A stretch of 64,000 nucleotides of DNA, from contig JBBIRD010000003.1 of NCBI GenBank assembly GCA_037441965.1, forward strand, positions 6,741 through 70,740, in the 5' to 3' direction. Shown in pieces: positions 47,105 to 55,366 of the stretch; the stretch's first letter is position 1, and each line of letters starts with the position of its first letter. The DNA is from Candidatus Moraniibacteriota bacterium. GTDB taxonomy: Bacteria; Patescibacteriota; Minisyncoccia; Moranbacterales; UBA1568. The notes beneath the pieces are model-generated. The model saw only the letters and a program-made list of their open reading frames with translations. It had not been told where the DNA came from and did no database searches. The position numbers and the translations under genes were made by a program.

Positions 47105-48814
47105 ATGTTAATTAATTCTTGTGGATGGGATATTGCAAAATATTTTATATTTTCAGAAAATGTTTTTGACCCGCTCATATATTATTCTCATCTTACTCCA
47201 TTCTTTTTTGCTCTTTTTACTGGTATTTTTTTATTTTTTGGAAATAGAGAAAAACTATTGAATAAGATTTTTATTTTTCTGACTATTTCATTATGTATTT
47301 GGATTATTTTTGATTTAATTCTCTGGGCTACAGAAAAGACAGAATATACAATGTTTTTTTGGTCATTGCTCGTATTTCCTGAATTGCTTATATATGCTTC
47401 CGCATACTACTTTATGTATGTTTTCGTGAAGAAATATGATCTGCCATTTGTACAGAAGATGGTATTGAGTTTGTTTTTTGTTCCTCTTATTTTTCTTTCT
47501 TCAACACAATACAATTTACAATATTTTGATTTGACGAACTGTGATCGTGAAGCGATTGAAGGTTCACTATGGTATTATACGTATATCGCAGAAGCAATAT
47601 TTACTTTCTTGATTCTCATTTTATCAATTAGAGTATTTTTAAATAAAAAAGAAGAAAGAAGAAAGATATTTTACATTTCTACGGGTATTCTTTTGTTCTT
47701 ATTTTCTTTTTCTTGGGGGAATATTTCCGGAAGTCTATTTAACGATTGGTCAATCGGACAATATGGTCTTTTTGGTATCCCGATTTTTATAATATTTATT
47801 GGTTATTCTATTATTAAGTTCAATGTCTTTGACATCAAACTCATCGGAGCGCAGGCTCTTGTTATGGCACAACTTGTATTGATCGGATCGATGTTATTTT
47901 TTGCGACACTTACAATAAGCCGTATTTTGATAGGAGTGACGCTCTTTGGAACAAGTATCGCAGGTTGGTTCCTTATTCGTTCAGTGAAGAAAGAGATTGC
48001 ACAGAAAGAGCAGTACGAAAAACTTTCGCATACTTTGGCGATAGCTAATGAGAAATTAAAGGAGCTTGATACTACTAAATCAGAGTTTATTTCTATCGCA
48101 TCACATCAATTACGCACACCACTTACGGCTATCAAAGGATATCTTTCACTTTTGCTTGAAGGTTCATACGGATCAGTATCATCACAAGTGTCTGATGTCT
48201 TGAATAAGTTGTATCTTGTGAATAATCGATTGGTGCATCTTGTAGAAGATTTGCTCAATGTTTCTCGCATCGAAGCTGGGCGTATCCAGTATAATTTTGA
48301 ACCGACACAGATCGAACCGATTATTGTTGATCTTGTTGAGATGTTCAAATCATCAGCTAATGATAAACATCTTACTCTTGATATTCATCTTCCAGAAAAA
48401 ACTCTTCCACTGATTGTTGTTGATCCAAATAAGATTAAAGAGGTTGTTTCAAATCTTATTGATAATTCTATCAAATATACGAAAGTGGGCGGGACAAAAG
48501 TAACGATCGAATCGACCGCTCTTGTTGTGCGTATCATTATTGCTGATACAGGTATCGGTATTCATCCTGAAGATATGAAAAATCTCTTTCAGAAATTCCT
48601 TCGAAGCAAGGAAACGACCAAGATGGTAGTTTCTGGCGCTGGATTAGGATTGTATGTTGGTAAGAGTTTTATTGATGCGCACGGCGGAAAGATCTGGGCA
48701 GAATCTGATGGTCCGGATAAGGGTTCTCGTTTCATCATTGAACTCCCGATTCACAATGATACGATAAAAATCGGCACTTCTGATCAGCCGACGAATACGG
48801 AGAAGAACTCATGA
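47105..48814 (+). CDS. Sensor histidine kinase with multi-pass (7TM-type) membrane sensor domain
   Basis: Hydrophobic N-terminal ~290 aa; H-box ASHQLRTPLT, N-box NLIDNSIKYT, DTGIG, GAGLGL. Confidence 0.93.
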   Translation: MLINSCGWDIAKYFIFSENVFDPLIYYSHLTPFFFALFTGIFLFFGNREKLLNKIFIFLTISLCIWIIFDLILWATEKTEYTMFFWSLLVFPELLIYASAYYFMYVFVKKYDLPFVQKMVLSLFFVPLIFLSSTQYNLQYFDLTNCDREAIEGSLWYYTYIAEAIFTFLILILSIRVFLNKKEERRKIFYISTGILLFLFSFSWGNISGSLFNDWSIGQYGLFGIPIFIIFIGYSIIKFNVFDIKLIGAQALVMAQLVLIGSMLFFATLTISRILIGVTLFGTSIAGWFLIRSVKKEIAQKEQYEKLSHTLAIANEKLKELDTTKSEFISIASHQLRTPLTAIKGYLSLLLEGSYGSVSSQVSDVLNKLYLVNNRLVHLVEDLLNVSRIEAGRIQYNFEPTQIEPIIVDLVEMFKSSANDKHLTLDIHLPEKTLPLIVVDPNKIKEVVSNLIDNSIKYTKVGGTKVTIESTALVVRIIIADTGIGIHPEDMKNLFQKFLRSKETTKMVVSGAGLGLYVGKSFIDAHGGKIWAESDGPDKGSRFIIELPIHNDTIKIGTSDQPTNTEKNS

Positions 48815-48975
48815 ATATTTAACGAAGTCACATTTCAAGCTACTCCAATGATATATTCTGTCAGGAACATGATATTGTTCACTACATCATTGGATCCAGG
48901 TAGAACCGCATAGGATAGAAAAGTAGAGCGTTCTCATAGAGAGGATTAGAAGAAATTCTATGAAAAAATATTTTC

Positions 48976-49740
48976 TCATCTTTCAGGGACTTGCAGAAAA
49001 TTGAGACCTTTGATGATACAATCAAAAAGGATATTTAAATGAGAATGAACAGTCACAGATTGTTGTTGAGGATTCCATTTTAAACCTGTTAGAGAATCAC
49101 TTGCGACGAGGACTGCAACATATGAAACATTGTGAAATTGTGCAACAGAAGCAAGGGAAGCAATTTCCATCTCGACAGATAAAACCCCTTGTTTTTTATA
49201 TTTTCTTATTTTCTTTATAGTTTCACGGTACGGAGCTGCAATTGTCCATGATTTGCCCTTATGTACAGGGATGTCTGTTTTTTTGAGAATTATTTCAATA
49301 TCTTTCATAAGAGTTTTTGTTATCATTACATCGCCTTTCTGTTTTAAGTAATGATCTGATACACCATCTTCTCTTATTGCACTGTCAACAAGTAAAATAT
49401 CACCGATAGCAATTTCTTTCTGGATAACACCAGCTGTACCAATAGAAATAAATTTTTTTGCACCAAGGGCGATTAATTCTTCCATCATCATAGCTGTCAC
49501 AGACGGCCCAATTCCGAAACCTGACGCAACTCCATAAGCACCTAAATTATAGAAATTTCCTCGTATACCCGGAATTTTTTGCGCATGTGTATTGATGCTG
49601 ATGATATGTTCTAAAAGTGAATTTTGGAAGGAAAAAATAATAGTTTTAGGAACTATAATATTGTTTAATCTTCCAATTTTCGTAAGATATTTAATATATT
49701 CTTTTGGTTCAATATATGATAGGTCTAATTTTCCTTTCAT
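48976..49740 (-). CDS. Nucleoside phosphorylase (PNP/UDP family 1)
   Basis: GIGPS, EELIALG, IGTAG, AIREDGVS.HY, PYRET, VEME. Confidence 0.9.
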   Translation of the reverse strand: MKGKLDLSYIEPKEYIKYLTKIGRLNNIIVPKTIIFSFQNSLLEHIISINTHAQKIPGIRGNFYNLGAYGVASGFGIGPSVTAMMMEELIALGAKKFISIGTAGVIQKEIAIGDILLVDSAIREDGVSDHYLKQKGDVMITKTLMKDIEIILKKTDIPVHKGKSWTIAAPYRETIKKIRKYKKQGVLSVEMEIASLASVAQFHNVSYVAVLVASDSLTGLKWNPQQQSVTVHSHLNILFDCIIKGLNFLQVPER

Positions 49741-49762
49741 AATATTTTTTAGATTATTTTTA

Positions 49763-49906
49763 TTAAAATGGCGTGCAAAAATTTGCCATTACCGGTTTCA
49801 GTCCGAGCAAACAGAACAATGAGTTCCAGTTGAAACCGCTTTGGCACTGGGCATTGGCGATCAAACACTGACGAATCGAGTAACCCTTGGACAGTTGTTC
49901 TTTCAT
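49763..49906 (-). CDS. Small Cys-containing peptide (47 aa), not in the ORF track
   Basis: SD taaggag 6 nt before ATG; MKEQLSKGYSIRQCLIANAQCQSGFNWNSLFCLLGLKPVMANFCTPF*; ends 22 nt before the phosphorylase start. Confidence 0.5.
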   Translation of the reverse strand: MKEQLSKGYSIRQCLIANAQCQSGFNWNSLFCLLGLKPVMANFCTPF

Positions 49907-50306
49907 GAGATTCTCCTTACTTCATGTTGACGATAACAGCCAGGATGTTCCACTGACTATGCTTCCAGGTTGTTACTGGGGAAATAGTTGTAAGTTCTGG
50001 CCTACACAGGACAGACCTTGTAACAACTAGCACAACCCGTTTTAACTCGAGTGACATTGCGGTAAGATTGAAACTCACAGCTATACCAAATATCATCGAG
50101 TGGAACCTCTAACACATTACCACTAAAAAACGTTTAACGCCATCGAAATATGGAAAGGTATAAGCATCTCTATTGCAGGAAACATAAGGGAAAGAAAGAA
50201 AAAAGTATTTCTCAGAAATGATGTGACAATTATTGCAAGAAGTATTTTTTTTGCATCTTTCTCTATTATTTGGTATTGTAGAAGAGGATATATATAATAA
50301 AAAAAT

Positions 50307-51140
50307 ATGGTTAAACTTCTACTTGTTGAGGATGATCCGTTTATCGCTGAGATTTATAAGAAGAAATTCACTAGCTCTGGCTTTGATGTAGTAAATGTAG
50401 TAACAGGAAAGGCTGTTTTGAAAGAAGTGCAAGTACAAAAATTTGATATTATTTTACTCGACCTTGTGATTCCAGAGATGGGAGGAAAAGATGTTTTGAA
50501 AGAGCTTCGAACAAACAAGGAATATGATCAAAATTTGAAAATCGTTGTTTTTAGTAATCTCAGTTCTTCAGAAGATCGTGACGAATGTCTCAATCTTGGT
50601 GCAGATGGTTTCATTTCAAAAACAGAGTTTTCACCATCTGAAGTTGTGGCAGAGGTTAATCGTTTCCTGACACAATTTAGTGAACAGAAAAAAAATAACG
50701 ATCGTCAATCAAAAGCGCCAGAAGAGCGTACTCATCTTGGCAAGAAAATCCTTCTTATTGAAGATGAATTAGTTTTTGTTGATATGTTCGGAAAAAGATT
50801 GACAGATGAAGGGTATACAGTAACTGCGTTACACGATGGAACATCTGGACTTCAAGCAGCGCTTGACGGAACATTTGACCTCGTGATTACCGATGTGATG
50901 ATGCCGGGTATGGATGGGAGGGACCTTGTGAAGAAATTAAAAGAAGCTGAATCAGAAAATAATACACCTATATTTATTTTCTCAGCCTCACTCGATGATA
51001 TAGCTGTGAAAGAACTGATTGATTCAAAAATCGCTGATAAAGTATTTTTAAAAACAGACACCACTCCCAGCGATCTCGCGTATGCCGTGAATGATTTTTT
51101 CAAAGAAAGAGAAAAAAACATAAAGGAGTCTTCTTTGTAG
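50307..51140 (+). CDS. Response regulator with two receiver domains and no output domain
   Basis: LLVEDD...LLDLVIP...K and LLIEDE...ITDVMMP...K. Confidence 0.92.
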   Translation: MVKLLLVEDDPFIAEIYKKKFTSSGFDVVNVVTGKAVLKEVQVQKFDIILLDLVIPEMGGKDVLKELRTNKEYDQNLKIVVFSNLSSSEDRDECLNLGADGFISKTEFSPSEVVAEVNRFLTQFSEQKKNNDRQSKAPEERTHLGKKILLIEDELVFVDMFGKRLTDEGYTVTALHDGTSGLQAALDGTFDLVITDVMMPGMDGRDLVKKLKEAESENNTPIFIFSASLDDIAVKELIDSKIADKVFLKTDTTPSDLAYAVNDFFKEREKNIKESSL

Positions 51141-51193
51141 GCAGAACGCTGTACACATACTTTTTCTTCTTATTTTTTATTTTTGATGATTAT

Positions 51194-52975
51194 ATGAAAA
51201 ATGGATCAAATCCGTTGTCTTTTCGTGTAGGACGAACACTGAGTTATTATATGCCTTATATCAAAAAGTACCGATCTATTATCGGGCTGTATTTTTTGTT
51301 TTATGGTTTGGCAGTTTTGATTTCTGATATTGCGACGCCATTTGTCTATAAAGGCATTATCGATGTTATCGGTCATGGAGTGAGTGCTCCATACGCCAGC
51401 GAACATTTGATGCAATTTATTCTTTTTTTAATTGTATCAATTTTTGCATACAATGTTTTTTATCGTTTAGGTGATTTTTTCCTGATGTCTTGTCAGAGTC
51501 GTATATTGAAGGATATCGCTGATACAACTTTCGTTGATCTGCATCGTCATTCGTATACTTTCTTTACAAACAATTTTACCGGATCACTCGTGGCGAAATC
51601 GAAGCGTTTTGTAGGAGCTTTTATGACTCTTCAAGATGAAACAGTCTTTATGCTCTGGTTTGGAGGATTGAAACTTGGGGGTATTTTTGTTGTTCTTCTC
51701 ATTACACTCCCTCTGCTTGCGGGATTTTTCTTATTATGGTGCGTAGCGTATGTAGTTATTATTTATTTCTTTATTAAGAAGAAGACGCCACTCGACCTCG
51801 CTCGTGCTTCAGAAGATTCTCATGTTACTGGAGTTCTTTCTGATGTTCTTTCTAATATCATCAATATAAAAGCCTTCGCATCAGAACAAAAAGAAATTGA
51901 GCATTTCAAAGAAGCAACAACAAAGGAAGAACAAGCAAGAATAAGGGCATGGAACTTTCAAAATATGCAGTTTTTTATTCAGTCTTTATTGCTTGGTGCA
52001 CTCGAGATTTTTGGTATGTACTTTATTGTTCAGATGTGGCTCTCTGGTGAGGTATCTGCTGGTACTGTCGTTCTCGTCCAGGTATATCTTACGAGTATCT
52101 TTGGACAACTTTTTGGACTTGGTCGTTCATTTGCAAAAATTATTCAGGCACTGACAGAAGCAAATGAAATGGTAGATATCCTCGATACGAAATCAGATAT
52201 TTTTGAAACGAAACAAGCTGAACCTTGTCGTATTGGACGCGGAGCTATTTCTTTCGAAAATATTACTTTTTCATATAACGAAGGCGATGCTATTTTCAAT
52301 AATTTTTCGATGAGTATCAAACCAGGTGAGCGAGTAGGTATTGTGGGGCATTCTGGCGCTGGTAAGACAACGATCGCCAAACTTCTCCTCCGTTTTATTG
52401 ATGTGAGCGAAGGAGTGATATACATTGATGGACAAGATATCAAACAGATGACACAAGATGATTTGCGATCACATATTGCTTATGTTTCACAAGATCCAGG
52501 GTTATTTCATCGAACATTAAAAGAGAATATTGCGTATGGTAATTCTTATGCTACGGAAGAAGAGATTATCGCTGTCGCAAAACAGGCTCGTGCACACGAA
52601 TTTATTATGCGAACACCGCTTCAGTATGAAACATTGGTCGGTGAGCGTGGAGTGAAACTTTCTGGTGGCGAAAGACAGCGTATTGCTATTGCGAGAGCTA
52701 TTTTGAAGAATGCTCCCATTCTCATATTGGATGAAGCGACAAGCGCACTTGATTCAGAAAGTGAAAAATATATTCGAGAAGCACTTGATGAGTTGATGAA
52801 GAATAAAACGACGCTTGTCGTCGCTCACAGGCTGAGCACAGTACAGAAGATGGATCGTATTATTGTTATTGAAAATGGCGCTATTGTAGAATCCGGTTCA
52901 CATAAAGAGTTACTCGCCAAACAGGGTCAGTATGCGAGTTTCTGGCAACAACAAACAGATGGATTTATTGAATAA
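51194..52975 (+). CDS. ABC exporter, fused TMD and ATPase
   Basis: TM domain; GHSGAGKT, LSGGERQR, ILDEATS, AHRLST. Confidence 0.93.
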   Translation: MKNGSNPLSFRVGRTLSYYMPYIKKYRSIIGLYFLFYGLAVLISDIATPFVYKGIIDVIGHGVSAPYASEHLMQFILFLIVSIFAYNVFYRLGDFFLMSCQSRILKDIADTTFVDLHRHSYTFFTNNFTGSLVAKSKRFVGAFMTLQDETVFMLWFGGLKLGGIFVVLLITLPLLAGFFLLWCVAYVVIIYFFIKKKTPLDLARASEDSHVTGVLSDVLSNIINIKAFASEQKEIEHFKEATTKEEQARIRAWNFQNMQFFIQSLLLGALEIFGMYFIVQMWLSGEVSAGTVVLVQVYLTSIFGQLFGLGRSFAKIIQALTEANEMVDILDTKSDIFETKQAEPCRIGRGAISFENITFSYNEGDAIFNNFSMSIKPGERVGIVGHSGAGKTTIAKLLLRFIDVSEGVIYIDGQDIKQMTQDDLRSHIAYVSQDPGLFHRTLKENIAYGNSYATEEEIIAVAKQARAHEFIMRTPLQYETLVGERGVKLSGGERQRIAIARAILKNAPILILDEATSALDSESEKYIREALDELMKNKTTLVVAHRLSTVQKMDRIIVIENGAIVESGSHKELLAKQGQYASFWQQQTDGFIE

Positions 52976-53044
52976 ATACCCCACTTGTTTTAAGTACCTC
53001 TCTTTGCTATGATGAATAAATAAATAGGCTATTTTTATTATGAT

Positions 53045-54454
53045 ATGGAAGCATTAAAGCGTATTCTGATTGCAGACACACAAAAATATCTCGGAAAAGA
53101 AGTAAAACTTTCTGGGTGGATTGATGTACGTCGTGATCATGGAAAGCTTGTATTTCTTGATTTGCGTGATATGAGTGGCAAGGTGCAGATGGTAGTACTT
53201 CCAAATCATCCTGAAGCGATCACTGTAGCACAAACTTTGCGTTCCGAATGGGTAGTGGAAATTATCGGTATTGTGAATGCTCGTCCAGAAAAATTAGTGA
53301 ACAAAGACCAACAAAATGGTGCTTTTGAAATCGAAGTGCTTTCGATTACCGTACTCAATACTGCCGAGACGCCAGTGTTCGATATTGCATCTGATGGAAA
53401 AGAAATAAGTGAAGATCTTCGTTTGAAATATCGTTACCTCGACCTGCGTCGTGATCGGATGCAAAAGAATATACGCAATCGTCATCTCGTGACAAATTTT
53501 ATTCGTACTTTTTATTCTGAGGAGGGATTTGTTGAAATTGAAACGCCAAATATGACCAAGTCCACGCCGGAAGGATCGCGTGACTACATTGTTCCTTCTC
53601 GTATTGATAAAGGAAAGTTCTATGCTTTGCCACAATCACCACAGCAATACAAACAACTTTTGATGTCTGCTGGTTTTGAAAAATATTTTCAGATTGCTCG
53701 TTGTTTTCGAGATGAAGACACTCGTGGAGATAGACAGCCAGAGTTTACACAAATCGATCTCGAAATGAGCTTTGTGTCGCAAGAGGATGTGATGGAAATC
53801 AACGAACGAATGATAACGCAGTTAGTACAAACGGTTTATCCCGAGAAAAAAATTCAGACACTGCCTTTTCCGCGTTTGACATATAAGGAAGCGATGGAAA
53901 AATATGGTTGTGATAAACCGGATATTCGTACGGATAAGAATGACCCTCATCTACTCGCTTTCTGTTGGGTGATAGATTTTCCATTTTTTGAGAAAGATGA
54001 TAAAGGTGGATGGACATTTACGCACAATCCATTTTCAGCACCTAAACCAGAATATATGAATGATTTGATGGAAAAGAAGAATATCAGTGGAATCGGTGCT
54101 GCTCAGTATGATATGGTTTTGAACGGATACGAGATTGGTGGTGGAGGAATCAGAAATCATCGCCCCGAAGCTTTGAAAAAAGTTTTTGAAATAATGGGAT
54201 ATTCTGAAGAGAGAATAGAGAAAAACTTTCATCATATGCTCCAAGCACTTGCATCAGGAACACCACCGCACGGTGGACTTGCTTTTGGTTTTGATCGATT
54301 GATGATGCTTCTTCAAAATGAACCAAATATCAGAGAAGTAATTCCATTCGCCAAAACAGGTGAGGGTCGCGATCCGATGATGGAATCCCCATCAGAAGTT
54401 TCTATTGAACAACTTATTGAACTCGGTTTGCGCATTACTAAGGAAGAAAAATAA
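53045..54454 (+). CDS. aspS: Aspartyl-tRNA synthetase (short bacterial form lacking most of the GAD insertion; possibly non-discriminating)
   Basis: RRDHGK, RLKYRYLDLR, LPQSPQ, CFRDED.RGDRQPEF, PPHGG.AFG.DR; 469 aa. Confidence 0.95.
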   Translation: MEALKRILIADTQKYLGKEVKLSGWIDVRRDHGKLVFLDLRDMSGKVQMVVLPNHPEAITVAQTLRSEWVVEIIGIVNARPEKLVNKDQQNGAFEIEVLSITVLNTAETPVFDIASDGKEISEDLRLKYRYLDLRRDRMQKNIRNRHLVTNFIRTFYSEEGFVEIETPNMTKSTPEGSRDYIVPSRIDKGKFYALPQSPQQYKQLLMSAGFEKYFQIARCFRDEDTRGDRQPEFTQIDLEMSFVSQEDVMEINERMITQLVQTVYPEKKIQTLPFPRLTYKEAMEKYGCDKPDIRTDKNDPHLLAFCWVIDFPFFEKDDKGGWTFTHNPFSAPKPEYMNDLMEKKNISGIGAAQYDMVLNGYEIGGGGIRNHRPEALKKVFEIMGYSEERIEKNFHHMLQALASGTPPHGGLAFGFDRLMMLLQNEPNIREVIPFAKTGEGRDPMMESPSEVSIEQLIELGLRITKEEK

Positions 54455-54507
54455 GTAAAAAGTTATAGAAGATATTTAGTTTTGATTATTCTGTTTACTG
54501 AAAAATA

Positions 54508-54547
54508 AAAATCCCTCGGTACAATTTTGTACACGAGGGATTTTTTT
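54508..54547. terminator. Bidirectional terminator between aspS and the convergent LuxI-like gene
   Basis: aaaatccctcg-gtacaa...ttgtac-acgagggatttt inverted repeat with A/T flanks. Confidence 0.75.
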
Positions 54548-54556
54548 CTTTCCTGC

Positions 54557-55153
54557 TCAAAGATGAATCTGAACAGGAATGAAACTGTCATTCCCTTTCC
54601 GCTTTATCGTTCCGGGAATGCGTTCAAAGTATTCTTTGCCGAATACTTTGTCGAGCCGCCCTTCTAAGTAAATCTTCCGAATAGTCGCATAGACTTTCCG
54701 AAAGCCACCTGTTTTGGCGTATGCATATACAGCCAAGTGAAGGGCCATGAATACGAGCTTGCTCCCGGAGGTATTGATCATCCGAGAAACCTCGATCGCA
54801 TCCGTTGAGATAACTGTTCTGCTACAGTTATCCAGACTTTCTTCCATTGGGAGAGATGCTCCCAATAAGAGTCTTTTGTGGATGATGCGACAGCCAGCGA
54901 TGGCGCGTTTTCCCTTCATCACCACGATGAAGATCGACGCTAGGTCAAACCGGTCGCGTTCTTCACCGCGAGGCTCTTCCCAATGATGCTTTTTTGCAAA
55001 AACATCATCACGGAGCTCATAGAAACTCCGTGCTATTTTCTGGTCGCTTGGTGCGACCGGGTTGACCGTTTTTATTCTCATTCCAAAAAGAACGAGAATA
55101 AATGCCAGTATCTTGCTGATACTGACAAAAAACGGTATCAAAGAACGAATCAT
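54557..55153 (-). CDS. LuxI/acyl-homoserine-lactone synthase-like GNAT acyltransferase with hydrophobic N-terminus
   Basis: SD gggaggt; LRDDVFAKKHHW, EERDRFD, GCRII and IEVSRM align with LuxI R..VF....W / E.D.FD / G..RL / E.SRF motifs. Confidence 0.7.
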   Translation of the reverse strand: MIRSLIPFFVSISKILAFILVLFGMRIKTVNPVAPSDQKIARSFYELRDDVFAKKHHWEEPRGEERDRFDLASIFIVVMKGKRAIAGCRIIHKRLLLGASLPMEESLDNCSRTVISTDAIEVSRMINTSGSKLVFMALHLAVYAYAKTGGFRKVYATIRKIYLEGRLDKVFGKEYFERIPGTIKRKGNDSFIPVQIHL

Positions 55154-55189
55154 TTTACCTCCCATTATAATAAAAGAACAATAAATTAT

Positions 55190-55218
55190 ATTATACACCA
55201 AAAATACGCTTTTGTCAA
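55190..55218 (-). promoter_or_regulatory. Consensus sigma70 promoter TTGACA-N17-TATAAT for the LuxI-like gene
   Basis: Minus strand ttgaca 55218-55213 and tataat 55195-55190. Confidence 0.8.
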
Positions 55219-55366
55219 TTTTACAAAAAATATATAAATGAAGGTAATAGAGGTAAAAAGAAGGAGTTTTCTTTGTTTTATTGAAACTTGCAAAAAGGTA
55301 TGGAATACGGTACACTAGTTGGAGTATTGATGTCGGTATATAATAGGTTTATAGATTGAGAACATT

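Noticed and set aside
49763-49780. AgrD-type thiolactone autoinducing peptide at CTPF
   Set aside because: Ring would be too short, there is no charged C-terminal tail and no agrB is present
50002-50115. Ferredoxin-like TGCASCYKVCP in a short minus-strand frame
   Set aside because: Only about 37 codons, lacks the first Cys and any second cluster motif, has no SD, and overlaps the RNA hairpin; probably chance
55154-55315. N-terminal 54-aa extension of the LuxI-like ORF in the track
   Set aside because: It spans the gene's own promoter and SD; the ATG at 55153 is the better start
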